DNA of 64,000 bases from Chrysomallon squamiferum (taxonomy: Eukaryota; Animalia; Mollusca): assembly GCA_012295275.1 (NCBI GenBank), contig CM022665.1, forward strand, positions 35,092,001 through 35,156,000, in the 5' to 3' direction. The translations under genes and the position numbers were made by a program. Shown in pieces: positions 13,528-27,886 of this stretch (the first letter of the stretch is position 1; every line of letters starts with the position of its first letter). The notes below the pieces were generated by a model that saw only the letters and a list, made by a program, of their open reading frames with translations, had not been told where the DNA came from and searched no databases.

Positions 13528-16500
13528 CTGGCTGTTATATCTGTTAATACTATTATTATTCAAGGTGTTCATGGTTATTTTTATTTAATTTTTTTTACAA
13601 ATGACTGTATTTAACTTTTTCCGGGTTTTTTTTTTCAGGTAAAGAAGCAGAAGATGGAAATGGAAGACAGAATAGCTGAATTACAGTTGCAGAGAGAGAG
13701 TTTACAAGAACTGATTGCCACACTCAAAGATGGCCGTGGTGCTGCTAAAGTGACAGAATGGCATTCAAAGATTGAAGTTATTCGATTAGCTGAGCTCAAA
13801 CAAAAGAGAATTAACTCAAAACTCTATCAACAGGTAACAGTAACAAATAGGAAAAGTGAACAGAAAAATGTAACCAACATGAAAATACACATTTCTGTTA
13901 GCTTTGCAGTATTATCATTGAAAAAACACTACTGAAATATTTTGGTCTATGTTATGTGTTCTTTGGTTGCCTCTTGTTTGGTTATAATAATAATTTAATA
14001 GGACTGATTACTGCTAAAATATAAATATGTCGTATAATTGTTATTAGTTCATTAAATATTTAAAGAAAATATTCCATAGGAAATATAAATAAATTAACTT
14101 TTTTCATGGAGTTTCAGGTGTTTGGTTTATTTATGTTTTGTTCTGCAGGTTAACATATATACACTATGTGCATATGCAAAGTTTATATCTAATGCTTCAA
14201 TTAAGCAAATTGATTATGGTCCACGAAAAAGATGAATTTGTAGAAAAGTTGCTTAAATATATTTGAATGATATTTTTTTTTTTTTTTTTAAATATTATTT
14301 TACAATTATATTTCATTGTGTTTCAGAACATACCTTGAAATAAATTAATTACAAAAATAAATATTTTTCTTATTTCAGATAAAATATCTTGAAGGTGTGA
14401 TTCAGTCACATGAAGTTACCATTGCAGAGCTGGAAGCTGATAATGTCAGAGTTATAAGGGTGAGAAGTTCACAATCTTTCATTAAAGGGCTGTCTTACTG
14501 AATAAACAAAGACACCATATTTCTATAACAATATAGTTTATAATATTTATTTATTTATTTCATTTTTTTCTTTTTTTTTTTTTTTTTTTTTATTATTTTT
14601 TTTTTTTTTTTTTTTTTTTTTTAGATGTCATGATTTTTGTTCTTTTACTGATATTAATGTCTTTTGAAAACTATTTTTTTTTAAATATTAATTTATAATT
14701 TAAAAACAATGTCTGCTTATTTTATTTTTGGTGTTTTCATTTTACAAATGTTTTTATTTTGACCAAATTTAATATAAATAATAAAATAATTTGTTATAAA
14801 AGGAATTTGAAGAACGTCAACTGAGATGGGAACAGAGAGAAGTGGATCTGGAAAGACAGCTGGATCGTATGGAGAAACACTCCTCAGAAATAGCTGGAGC
14901 TGCATCTAAAGTATGTCAACCTACTGCTCATTTTAACCGATTGATTAAATATAGATTGTATGCACACACACTCAAATTTTACTTTAAAAGAACCTTCGAG
15001 TAATAGAATATAAAATAAAAGATGCTATCGTTCATAACAGATGATTTAAAGAAATTTTATTACACTATTATGTAACCTATAATTGATTGATATTTCTGTT
15101 CATAATTTCTAAATGCAGATTTTATTATTTTTAATTAAAGGATTAATATACTGATAATGATACTGTTTACATAAAATATTTTGTTATTGCTTTTGTTTTA
15201 CTTTAAGTTTGAAGAAGCCTTGGGCAGTGTTCCAGATGCTAAGCTGCCACTGGCCAATCAGTTAGAACAAGCTATTGCCACCATTAAACGCAATGTGAAG
15301 ATCATACTAGACACCCAGGCTGAGTCAAAGATTCTGAAAGAGGTAATTACATTTTCATTAATAATAAAGTTGTATTGTTAATAAGCTGACGTACTTTTTT
15401 TAAAAAGAATTTGTTTAATCTTTTATATTATTATTATTTTATGTTTTTGTTATTTTAGAAAAATAAAGAACTAGAAAAGAGAGCCAGAGATGCAGAGCGC
15501 ACTGTGTTAGAAAGAGAAAAACTGATCTCAGAACTTCGTCTTCGAATGCCTGCCACTGCTGACCGAGATGAAATCATTCTGAGGGCAACCACTAAAGTGA
15601 GTGAGACCATGCAGAAAGAAGTTCTGAATAAGGATTATGAGAGTCAGCATGCTCTCAAGATAGCACAATCTACCATGTCAAGTCTACAGGTATGTAATGT
15701 GTTGTTGAAACAATGTCAAATATAAGACATATATTTTTAGCATTTTTAGAATTATTAGTTCAGTGGACAGATAACTGAGAACAAATAAGGTAGAACAAAA
15801 AAATCTTATATAGAACAGAAGAATAATTTTAAATTGGAAATTCTTAATAAAAACTATGAAATTATAGTTATGGATGTTCCCTCTTTTAAATACAAACAAT
15901 AATAAAGACAAAAAAAAAAATAACTTGAAAAAATAAACACTTCAGTTATTTTTGTTTTTTTGTTTTTAGGCTCGTATTCAGCAGAAAGAAGAAACTATTA
16001 ACAAATATCAGGAACTTCTGAGACAGGCAAGAGAGGAAATGCAGGAAATGAATCATCGTCATGAGCAGGAACTCCGAGCCATGCAGCAGAAAATTCATAT
16101 GAACAACGAAACAGCTTTCAACAAATTCAAAGAGGCCACTCAACAGTTCCTTAGCAAACAGATGACCATGAAAGGTCCTACATCCAAACAGGTCAGTGGA
16201 GTTGCACTGAAAGAAATGTCAAGAAGATTAATGTTCAGCACAGGTCACAAATTATTATTTTTACAAAACATTACTTAGAAGTGCCCAGTGACAGGGGTAA
16301 TAATTGATCAGTTATTTGATGAATTTTTGTTATATATTTCAACAGAACTGCCTAACAATGTAATTTTCTACCCTCATTCCTTTTCAAAATATTAATCTCG
16401 AAATAAGGGACAGGTTTATAATTAGCACCATCAGTAATTAAAAATACACAGGAAATTCTGTGTGTTTAGATCCAACGACTGCATGAACTGGAAGACACAG

Positions 16501-18502
16501 TAGCTGATCAGACCAACACAATTGCTGCCCTGACTGAGAAAATAAGACAGAAAGAGGAAGAAATTATATCTGTGCGAGTCAAATTACAACAGAGTGACAG
16601 ACATTTATCAGTGGAGAGAGATAGGTGAGGGAATTCGCCTTTTATTTGACTATAATAACTTATTTATAAAAATATTTTTTTAACTATTAACAGAGTGGGC
16701 AAAACCTTTGCTCCATTTTTACTAAAATAGTGGTAACCTAAGACACTATTATCTGGATGATATTAAAATAACTGTTTTGTAATTATTACATTGGCTTATC
16801 AAAATTTATGGAGACTGTTCTGATTCAAACATCTTTTACTGGTCTTAGTCACATGTTAATGTCAGTAATTTGGTTTATAGATATTTACTTGATTTATCTT
16901 CTGACTTTTGGTTTTAAAATATTTATTTACTTTATGCATCTGTATGTGTTTATTTTTAGTAATTTCATTACTTTTTGTATTTATTTATTTTTATTGTTTT
17001 TATATTCATTAATTTTTGTTGAGTTTGCTTTATCATTTTTTAAATATCTTTTTATATTATTATTATTATTTTTTTTATGTTATTTTTTTTTTATTGTTAC
17101 TGTTTTTTTAATTCAGAAATCAAAATTGTTTATTTTGCTTGATTTATCTAGACTTGTAGATGATTTGAAGACGGAGGTAGCTAAGAAGGAACAAGAGATA
17201 GAGGAATGTAAACATCAGATGTCTGAAATGCAGAAAGAAATGGGTATTCTCAATGAAGAGATAGCAGTACTCAAAGAAAACAATTCCAAAACACCTACTG
17301 CAACAATGAAGAATCTTGTTGAGAGACTGAAAAATCAGCTATCACTAAAAGAAAAACAGCACCAGGTTTGATGTTTTGTTTATCTTTTTCCAATAATGTT
17401 TAATGAAAAAAAAATGGAAGGATTGTAAATCATAATATATTTTTAAAATAATCAATATATCTGGTTTGTGTAACCTTTTCATAATAAATCTTGAAATAAT
17501 TTAGTTGAAACTATAGACCAGTTGAAGTTTTAAAAGAAGAATTCACTGAGAAATTAATTTTTTCTTCTTCTTTTTCTTATTATGATTATTATTAATGTTA
17601 TTATTTAAATAGGTCTAGTTCTAAATTTATTTACCAAAACGTTTGGATTTTTTTTTTTTTTTAAATTTACATTTACAAACTGATTAATAATACAGTATTG
17701 AAAATATATTATTTTGATCTAGGCTCTAACTAAGGCTCTGTCTGATCTGAGAGCTGATATGATAGCTCAGGCTCAGGAAAGTGTTAAAGCACATGCTGAT
17801 GATGCAAACCAAGAAAGAAATGTTCAGGGTTTGATTGACCAGCACACCAAACATCTCAGTGTAATTTTCTGACATTTGTATCAGTTTATTTATTTATTTA
17901 TTTATTTATTATTGTCTTTTTAAATGTGAATTAAACAATTCAAATTTTCAGTTTATCCTAACATACTGAGTAAAGCAAGTATGCCTGTATGTATTATCTG
18001 AATTAATTTAATTAGCATTATTAATTTTCATAAAACTCAAAATCATGAAGCTTTAAATAAAATAAAGAGAATGTATGTTAAGGTATTGTAATAAATATTA
18101 AATTCAGTATTTCACGGTGTAGGAACAGATTGAAGACTTGCAGAGTCAAGTTGACCGACTGAAGAAGGAACTGAGAAAGAAGAAAGACAGTGAACAGTCT
18201 CTACAGTCAGAGTTAGAGGACTACAAGGAGGATGTTGGTTAGTAATTTTATCTTTTTTTTAAATTAATTTCTTTTTCTTTAACCTTAATAAATAATATCT
18301 TTTTATTTCATTTCTTTGAAATATTATAAATATTTTGTTTAATATCCTTTTTTTTTCAAATATAAATAATTATGATTTGTTTGTCAACAGTAATGATAAT
18401 AATATCATTGTTGTTTTTGTTATTAGTCCTAAAAAGTAAGTAAAAATCACTAAAATTCAATCCAGTGTTTTCCAGTGTTTTTCAAAAAAAATATATATAT
18501 AA

Positions 18503-18540
<38 letters not shown>

Positions 18541-21500
18541 AACAAACAAATAAATGTAAAATTAAAAGCAATTAGCTGTAAATCAAGTTTTAATTATGTA
18601 CACTTTTTTTTTTTTTTTTGGTTTGTTTACAGAACAAAAGGAGAGAAGTTTAAATAAATGTAAGAGAGAGAAACAGAGACTAGAACATGAGATTGATGAG
18701 TTAGAGAAGAAAATTGAAAGAATGAACACCATGAGATCTCAGGTAATGTTTTATACTTTATTTTTTTACAGATTAATTTAAGAGGTTGGTGAAGAAAGGT
18801 GCTAAGAGAAATTTTTAAATGTTTTAAATTAATACTGAAATTCTGAGTACTTTTGTGCTACTGATATTTTTATTTTTTGAATGTATGGACATTAAGAACA
18901 ATTTATGAATTAATAACTAAAAATAATATAAAAATTCAAAATGTTAAATTAAAACAGTGTAAAGAGCAAAAAACATAATCAATCATTGTCTTAAATATTT
19001 AATATAAGTTTTATTTAAAATGAATTTAAATATTTTTTGAAAGTGATCAGTGCATATTGTTTTCTTATTAAATTTATCTGTTACTTTTTTTTTTTTAAAT
19101 ACCAGATTTGTTGGGTTTTTTAAATAAAAAATAAATATAAATCATTGCTGAAATTATTCAAATGTTTTCTTTTCTTTTTTCATTCCATTTCTTTCTTTAC
19201 TTTTTTTCCCTTAAATATATCAATCCTATTTATTATTATTATTATTTTTATAAAATTTTAAACAAATCTGTTTTCAGAAATTTGGAGAGTTTGAGAAACA
19301 GCAGGAGTTGGATGAAATGAGAAGACGAGTTCGACATTTAGAAGATCAGTTGAAGAAACGACAAACTGCTGAGAAACCATACGAAAAAGAAGACAAACCT
19401 AAAGTAAGTGGAATTTTTATTTGCTTCAGTTTTCGTTAATACATACATTAATTTTGGTTTGGGTTTGTATTATCAGTGGTATTTTATTATCCATTTAATT
19501 ATATTTATGTATTTAATTATTAATTTTTATTATTATTATTTTATTTTATTTTTGTTTTATTATATTTGATTTCATTTATTTATTTATTGTTTTATTATTT
19601 ATTTATTTTACTTTATGTTTTTTTATTCTATATTGTGTAATGTGCACAGTATTTTTCATGAAATAATAAATTAATAATTGAGATAATTTAAAAATTTTAT
19701 CTAAATATATGCAGAATAAATTATATTTAACATAATTCACATTTATTGATTTTTTTTTGATTTTTAGTAAAATTATAATAAAAATAATAACTTCCATTTG
19801 CTATAATTATTAAAGTATAGGTTACAAAGATTAGATAATAAGCAGTCAATTGGATTTCAAATTTAAATTGGGTTTTCATCACTTTTAAACCAGATTTCAT
19901 TGAATATAAAGTCATATTAATACAACAACAAAAAAAGTAAAAGTCAGATTTGGCAAATTTATTAAAGCCAAGGATGAGATTAAAAATTATAATGTAAAAA
20001 ATAGAAAGGATCTGAGGTTAAATTATATTATGGTTACAGGATGGAATCTGACTACAGCATTATGAAATATTTACAGTGGAATCCTTGACAGTTTATCAGT
20101 AATGCACATTTGTATGAAATTCAAAATTTTTCTTAATTTCTCATCATACAGTTTTGAATTTTTAACATTTTTCTTCACTTAATTTATTAATTTGTGATAT
20201 TTACTATGAAAAGATGAAGGAAGTAAAATGTAATATTGTAAAATCTATAAATGAACTTCATACTTCAGTTTGGACATTTTTTTTTTTTATCTGGTTATTT
20301 TTATTATTGTTGTATTTATTTATTATTAATATTGTCTTTGATTTTCACTGTTATTGTTGTTGCTATTATTATTATTATTATTATTATTTGTGGTAGGCTG
20401 AAGATATTTTGAAATGGGAGGAGAGTAAGAAATGGCAGCGTACTGTAGATAAAATGAAGAATAAGATAAAAGAAAAAGATCAGGAGATAGAGCGGTTACA
20501 GAAAGCACTGGAATTCACTAAAGCAGCATTGGAAAGGTGGGTCAAATTTCTTTTCTTTTTTAATTCTTTTGTTTGTTTTGTTTTGAGGGTTTTATTTGGG
20601 AGAGTGTCAATAATCCATCTTTTTCAAAATTATTATTTATATAATTATATTTCATTTTTATCATTTTTTATTACATGTACCAAATATATTCAGTATTTTT
20701 ATTATTATACTTTTTATTACATGATTTTGGATTACCTAGCTAGATTTTTGTTTTTAAAAATTGTGTTGGCACATTAATAAACATTCAAGAGAGTTTGCAT
20801 GGTTTTTTTCCGAAATAGACTATAACTTTAAGCATGCTAGAACATGTTATGCTTATTGATCATGTTATATATGGCAACTTAGTAGTTTGCAGCAGGTACA
20901 GCTAACTTGCATACTAGAACATTCTTTGTTGGGTGATTTATTACAGTTTAGCTATTAATTTCTTTTACATTTGTCTACTAATTTCTGAGTTTGACACACA
21001 TTTTGTGAACTTTGTTATTTATTAATTATCCATTTTATAATATTAATTTTTGATTTTTATAAAATGTTAATTACTAAACATAAAGCAATGATATTTATGG
21101 ACATTAGATACTGTCATGGTTTTTCTTTTTTGGGGGGGGGGGGTCATACGGTATTTCTGTTTTTAACTATATTATGAGATAAACCCAAGAATAATAGTCT
21201 GTTAATTATAATTTAAAACAAAATGTAATTTTGTCTTTTTTATTTTTTATTTTTTTATTTTAATAATTTATAGCAAAGTATCATTGGTGTAAAATTACAA
21301 TATATATATTTATATTAATTGTTTTGTTTATAATCCAGTTATTTTTGCCATTGTTTACTAGGAATTATTGTGCAAATCCTTAAATATTACATAATTAAGT
21401 AATGTTTCAGGGAAAATATAATGACAATATTTTTCAGTGGAATAATAACAATAATAATAACAACAACATATATAAAATTATAAAAAAGTTAAAAGAAAAC

Positions 21501-24500
21501 ATTCATGGAGTAATTGACCTTATATTATATTAGAGTAACAAGAGAAAAGGAAGTGCTTGAAGCAAGGTCTATGGTGATACCCCGTACCTTAGTACCTGTA
21601 CAGCATTCAGCACCCCCTGGTAAACCAGATCATGACCAGGAAGACTTGAAACAGAAAAACTATCAACTCCAGGAAGAGGTTATTTTATTTATTTATTTAA
21701 AAGTTGGTTTTATTTTATTTTTTATTATTTATTTATTTATTTATTTATAATTTTTTTTTTTTTTTTTTTTTTGATGGAATGTATTTTTTAATTGAATATT
21801 GGAATTCAGTTTTATTTCTTTACTCAGCAGTATGTAACACATTGTATTTTTCCTGATTTGTATACAGTGTTTTTACTGAGAATCAGCCAATTAAATATTT
21901 CCATAAAATGATAGACATTTTCATGTCATAACTGTTGCTTCTGCTCAGAAATATTTGGAATATATTCCATTTTTTACATCTTATTTTAAAGAAATGAATG
22001 TGAAGAAAAAAAAATTAAAAACCTTAATTTTTTTAATATTATTAAATATAAAGAATTATTATTCACTTCTTTCCTGTTATTTTCTCCTGACTGCTTTCTG
22101 CATTTTCCTGATTTGACAGCATGTTATTATTTTTTTAATTTCTTATTTAACATTCATAAATACATTAAAAAATAAATAAATAAAAGAAAAGAAATATAAA
22201 TTGCTTTATACCTGATTTTTAATTTCTTATTTTTTTTTTTTTTTTCCTTGATTTTTAGAATACTATTTAACATCATGAAGCTAAAAAAACCCAAAACAAA
22301 TGAAAGAATTTTCACTCATTATCATTATTATTAGTGTTGTTATTACTATGTTCTAGGTGAATAATCTAAGACGAAAGTTGACAATGGATAGAGATGCTTC
22401 CTACAAAGAAGCACAACTACAGAATAAGCAGCTTTCAGATCAAGTAAAACAGCTGGAGAGAGCTCTTTCACATTCTGCTTCTGTAAGTTTTAATTTAAAA
22501 AATTTGCTGTTCTTAGCAGTGTTTTTTATAGGATAATTCCCTAATTTTTATTTGTTGTTGTTGTTGTTGTTATTATTATTTATATACTTTAATTTTCTTC
22601 TTTTTCTTTTTTAAATTAAATGTTGTTTTGTTTTATTTGAAAGATGACAGTTTATAGATTTCTTATAGTTATAATCATGTTAAACTGCCCATGTTTGTTT
22701 AGATTTATTTGTAAATAAAATGTTCTTGTTTTGAACAGGATGGAGGAGTGACTATACAAGAATATCAGAATTTGTTTGAGAAAAACCAAAAATTGCAGTC
22801 TAAAGTTTTGAAATTATCAGAGGAAAATATTGAATTACGTTTTGAATCAGAACAGGCCAAAAAAGATCTTCCAAGACTGAAGGTTAGTTTTTATTTAGTA
22901 ATTTTTGCTAACTTTGTAATATATGATCATATTCAATCTTGATTTCTTCTTTTTTGTTTCTTCTCATTTTCTTTTTCTTTTATTTTGTAAAGTAATAAAA
23001 ATAACTGTTGTATTAAATATTGTTTATTTGGCTTCCATTTATTCTTTGATCTTTTTTTATTTTCATTGTTATTATTTATAGTATCTAGAAATTTATAGAT
23101 AAGTGTACTGTTGTACTGTTGCAGATTAATATGAAAGTAATAACATTAGGCAGATATTTCTAAACATTATTCTTTCACAAGGTTTTATTGTCAGCTTTGG
23201 TGGAGGGACATCAGTAATAGATAAAAACAAAATGAAATTCCAAGATCATCTTCCTGCATCTGACTACAGAACTGAAGATTGTCAACATTAATATTATTTT
23301 AGAAGAAAATAAAGAATCTACAGAAGTACATTTAGGATGGATAATTTCTAATTGAATATGTATATGTATGTGTGTGAATGTGCACATGCACAAAGATGTA
23401 TTTGTATTATATTAGGAAAGAATTAAAGATTTGCAGAAATAAAAATTATATGTATACATGCACATTAATACACCCAGTAATGTTTTTATTATTTTAGGAG
23501 AGAATTAATGATCTACAAAAATACAATGAAGCACTCAAGATTGAAAATGCTCAGTTGAGTGGGGAAACTGCCAGATCCATGTCCTCCACCTCCAGTGTTA
23601 AACGGGTGAGACATTAATATGTTTCTAAATAAAAAATAAATCACTATTTATTTCAGTTAATTCTTTATATTGATCGTTTCAAATTAGAAGTTTGCTGTGA
23701 CTGTATGACAAGAGTACTAATATTTGAAGGCACTCAGGTATAGTACTATGAATATTTTAATGATAAAGTAGTTATTATTTGTCAATTAATGAGCATTTTA
23801 CATTGACATTTTAAAACTTGTTATCAGTTACCATCAAACAGATATCTTTGTCTTTTATTAATGTAGGTACATATTTTAGATATAGGTGACTGATTGAATA
23901 CTGTTGTTGTATACATTTATAGGTAAATATAAATCATTATTGGTTATATTCTGATATACATCAACTGACAGCATACTGTTGTTAGTATTGTTCTTATCCA
24001 AAATAAACTGCAGTGGTGCTAATTTTTGTTATTATTATTACATGTAAAAATCACTTGCAGATTGGAGAAAGTGGCAAGAGCACAAGAGAACTGGAAAAGA
24101 CAATTGCTTTACTGAAGAAAGTAGTTGAACGTTTGCAAGCAGAAAATGAACAGTTGAAACGAACTGCAGGAAGTGCATCTGTTGACCAACTCAACTTGTA
24201 CAAAGCAGAGAATGAAAAACTGAAGGTAAATCAGCCATTTAATTTATTTTTTTCTCTTTTTTCTTAATTTAAAATTACAACACACTGCATATTTGTGTTT
24301 ACTCAGACATTTAAATTAGGTTTGGACAACAACACTGATTAGTGATAACTGACTTTAAAAGATAACACATTTTTGTCCATGTTATACATTAATTATTTGC
24401 TTAATCACTGATAATGTGTTATCTTAATTTTTTACTTAATGTCTGATGTTTTTTCTTGATTATTTATTTTATTTAATGATGGGTAATTTTTTATGTTAAT

Positions 24501-27500
24501 ATATTATACACTTAATGGATGATTGTTTTAGTTAATCAGATACAAAACAGAATGACTAATTATGTCCTATCCCAATGAATTTTTTAATTAATAGCTATAA
24601 CATTTTATTTCAGTGAATTATTATGTAACAGCTGATAATATTTTATCTCAGTGACTTATTTATTTTATTGTTGATAATGTTTTATCTTAATGAATTATAT
24701 GATTAATGAATGTATTTCAGGCTGAACTGGAGGAATTGCACAGAAAGATGGGAGAGACCTTGACAGAAAAATACACAACTCAGCACAAAGGAACAGCAAA
24801 GTTAATGGCTGACTTTGATAAAATGCGACAAGAATTAATAAAGGTAAAGAAAAGATTTTATATATATATATATAAATTTTCAAAAATTGATTTAAACATT
24901 TATATATTTTTATTGAATATCTGTATTTTGACTTGATAAAGCTTGGTTTTAATAAAACTTAAATTAACAGATTAAAAAAAGATCTATTTACTTTCTTGAT
25001 GAAATTAACAGTTTCTTCAAAAAAATGTTTAATAAAACCTGAGTATATGGATATACATTTTTCTAATTAATTTAGTTTTTTTTTTTTTTTTTAAATTGTT
25101 CCAGGAAAAAGAAGTGAATGAAAAACTTCGTGTGAAGATTTGTACATTGGAACTGCACAAAGATCACCAGGAAAAGAAGCTGACAGATACTCAGTCTAAA
25201 CTGGAGATTACAGAAGCAAAACGAAACTCAACTCAGAACCCAGATGGCCAAGGCTGGAAGTCAGCTGTGGTCACTCGAATGTATGAGAAAAAAATTAATT
25301 CACTAGAACAGGATTTGGAGAAAAAGGTTGGTTGAGATATATAATTTTGAAAATTAAATAAATAATTTTGTCTTCGTAGATTTTTTTAACAGATAATGGT
25401 GGATGTGATATATACTTGATGTTTTGTTTTTCATTAGTGGTTTCATTAAAGTACAGACTGGAATGAACAGTTCTATGGTTTTTATGGGGTTAATTCTAGA
25501 TCTAAAAGTGACATAATGTAAAAGATAAATATGTTGCACTCTTTTGTAAGCCAGGAATAGATTTTAGTTTTTATCTCTCCACTGTTAAAATGAATTCAAT
25601 GTTTTGTCACCAGTTTCTGGTCAGTTTTGTATTCCAAGATGTGTGGTTATACATGTAGTAACATGAAATAATTTATAAATCCATAAAAACCTTAAAGATT
25701 TTGGTAGATTGAGCATTTATTCATCTGTCCACTATTGAAATGATTTCCATGTTTTATCACATGTTTTGGAAACTTCAGATATCAGCAAAACAATTTTATA
25801 ATTTATTTCATTTTTTTCGTTTTGTTTTGACTCACTTTAGTTACTGAGTAGAAGATGATTTCATACCTAAAATACACTAAAACATTAAATATTTTTCAGA
25901 ACAAGCTTTTGTCAGATACAAAAAGCCTTTTGAAAGATTCAGCTGAAAGGGAGGAGAATATGATACAACAAATTGATGAATTAAAGAAAAAAGTAAATAT
26001 CATTACTTTATTTATAAATAAATTTGCTGTGGAATGATACAAGTTAACTCACATTAAAAAGTACATTAAAACTACAACAGACACTGCACTTTACATAAAT
26101 GTTATAACTTGATGTACAAAATATTAATATATTTATGATTTTCTCTAACAATTATTATGCCTTATTGGATTTTTTTTTTGAAAGTTTGTGATTTTCTGAA
26201 TTAAACCAGTTTTTGTCATTTATTATACTTCTTTCAAAAATTTTAATTTTAGATAAGTGTACTGGAAAGATACCCACATGGATCTGCCATGCAGGACGTG
26301 AGCCTTGTTGAAGAAATTCAGCAATTAAGGTTAATATTTTACTTATATAATGACATCATTAAATATTTTTAATTTAGAAAGCACTCAATTTCCTGTTTTT
26401 GAGGGTTTTGTGTACTAAAAGTTTTGTTTCTTCATTTTTTTTTTTTTTTAGTTTTTAAAAATATTATTTTATGACAGAATTAATTATTATTTATTATTCT
26501 GATATTAGATTTTGTAACAGAAATAAAGTGAATAAAATTTTAATTTAAATGTTATCATTTATTATAGGCTGAAAATAGATTTGCTTGAAAATCAAAAGAA
26601 AGATCTAATTGGAGAACTTCGTCTTCAAAGACAGCAGGGAACTACTGACAGTTTTCATGTGAGTTTGAAGGTTTATGTAAAATGTCCTTTTAAGTATGGT
26701 GACATCTCATTTTTGTTACACATCTTTCTTTCTTTTTTTTCCATTCTGTTTTTGGTTGATTTCATGATTAATGTACTTATTATTTATTAAGTTGCTATGC
26801 ATACAAGGAAGCCAGTAAGATTTTTTTTTTTTTTTTTAAATTTTAATACACATATTTTTAAATACTGACAGATGATATTTAACTGTATTTGTTTTTACTT
26901 TCACAGTTGGCTATGTACATTTTCTTTAATTTTTTTGGTGGTTTTTTTATAATCAGCCACAATGAAAATATTTCTGTAATATTTTAGTTTATTTTTGTTT
27001 TGCATCTGTAAGGTAAATTTGGCATGTGATTTCTAAAACCATTTGTTTAGGGTGTTTGAATTCAGCATTATATTTTCTTGTTAAAAATATTACATATGTT
27101 AAAACTGATTTTTGTTCTTACAGCTTGATGATGATTTATTAACTAAAGCTAGGAACTATGACAGAATATTGAAGGAAAACGTTGAGATACGAATGAACTT
27201 CAAATCTCTGACATTAGAGCGAGACAAACTGCAGAAGGAGGTGAACAAGGTAAGATAATATGTACCAAAATGTGTGTCAGTTTTACTGTCTTTTATCAAT
27301 ATGATCATAAAGATTATCATGATTTCAAAATCCAGTTAGTGGTCAGAAATGGGATTGTTTGAAAATGTTCAGACTGATATTTGGTCAAACTAATCCTCCC
27401 ACAGTCACAGTTAATTTAAAAAAGTTAAAATTATAAAACATAAACAGAAAATGTGCATTTTGGCTCATTTTGTTTAGTTTGTGACTTCTAATGCCATTTT

Positions 27501-27886
27501 TTGTTCTGCTTGATAAATTGGAAATTAATAATTAGACTTTTATAAAATAAACATTTCCTCTATCAGTTAATGTCAAAGAATGTATCCATGCAGATTAAGT
27601 ACTGAATAAATATTTCAGTTTAAAAATTTAGGTATTTAGACGAATTTCTGTTAAAGGTGCAATAGAAATAATTCTTTTTTACATATAGCTGTTTAATCTG
27701 TTCTATGGTTTAAATTTTCAGATGAAAAAGGAAATTGAAAATTTTGGGCCAGAATTTTTTGAAGAGGTTGAAGACATGAAGTACAATTATCAAAAAGCAG
27801 TTGAGAAAAATATTATGTATGAAGAAAAGTTACGACAAGTCTGTGTACAATTTGGAATATCATTAAATCTCCCAGACTTTGACTGA
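426..27886 (+). CDS. CEP290: Centrosomal protein 290 (ciliary transition-zone coiled-coil protein), 5'-partial, 51 coding exons, ~2230 aa in window
   Basis: Hand-spliced GT-AG exons: 426-494, 891-980, 1399-1521, 1918-2035, 2524-2633, 2907-2978, 3471-3541, 3864-4056, 4573-4646, 5041-5188, 5711-5876, 6276-6331, 6692-6856, 7231-7380, 7728-7853, 8146-8238, 8471-8620, 8909-8989, 9397-9570, 10041-10151, 10592-10788, 11307-11367, 11634-11731, 12076-12208, 12527-12729, 13297-13410, 13639-13833, 14379-14459, 14803-14910, 15208-15342, 15459-15689, 15970-16191, 16470-16624, 17152-17365, 17723-17860, 18123-18237, 18633-18742, 19278-19403, 20397-20536, 21534-21678, 22357-22482, 22739-22882, 23498-23605, 24061-24225, 24721-24843, 25105-25326, 25900-25992, 26253-26329, 26568-26658, 27124-27249, 27722-27886 (TGA). 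Peptides match recalled vertebrate CEP290: DDVIMVAVNNKIEEWK, DIVSISKKITMLEMKEINERQ, WEESKKWQ, IGESGKSTRELEKTIALLKKVVE, ENFGPEFFEEVEDMKYNY. Phases are consistent at every junction except 10151/10592. Confidence 0.96.
9569..9905. repeat. Diverged ~185-bp tandem duplication in CEP290 intron
   Basis: Blocks aagtataaagttaaagaaa, aatgtYgagaccttca, ttttaataSgtaaatgWtgtgtcat and ttactaaRtagata each occur twice in the same order (about 9569-9752 and 9752-9905). Confidence 0.85.
10990..11202. repeat. ~42-bp imperfect inverted repeat with ~130-bp spacer in CEP290 intron
   Basis: aaaaataaccgtaaacattaacatttgtatttccttaataag (10990-11031) is the near reverse complement of cttattaaggaaataaaaatgttaatgttttaaggttattttt (11160-11202). 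Confidence 0.85.
24595..24700. repeat. Short degenerate tandem repeat (~38 bp x3) upstream of a CEP290 acceptor
   Basis: Unit close to tgataatattttatctcagtgaattat occurs three times before the acceptor at 24720. Confidence 0.6.
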
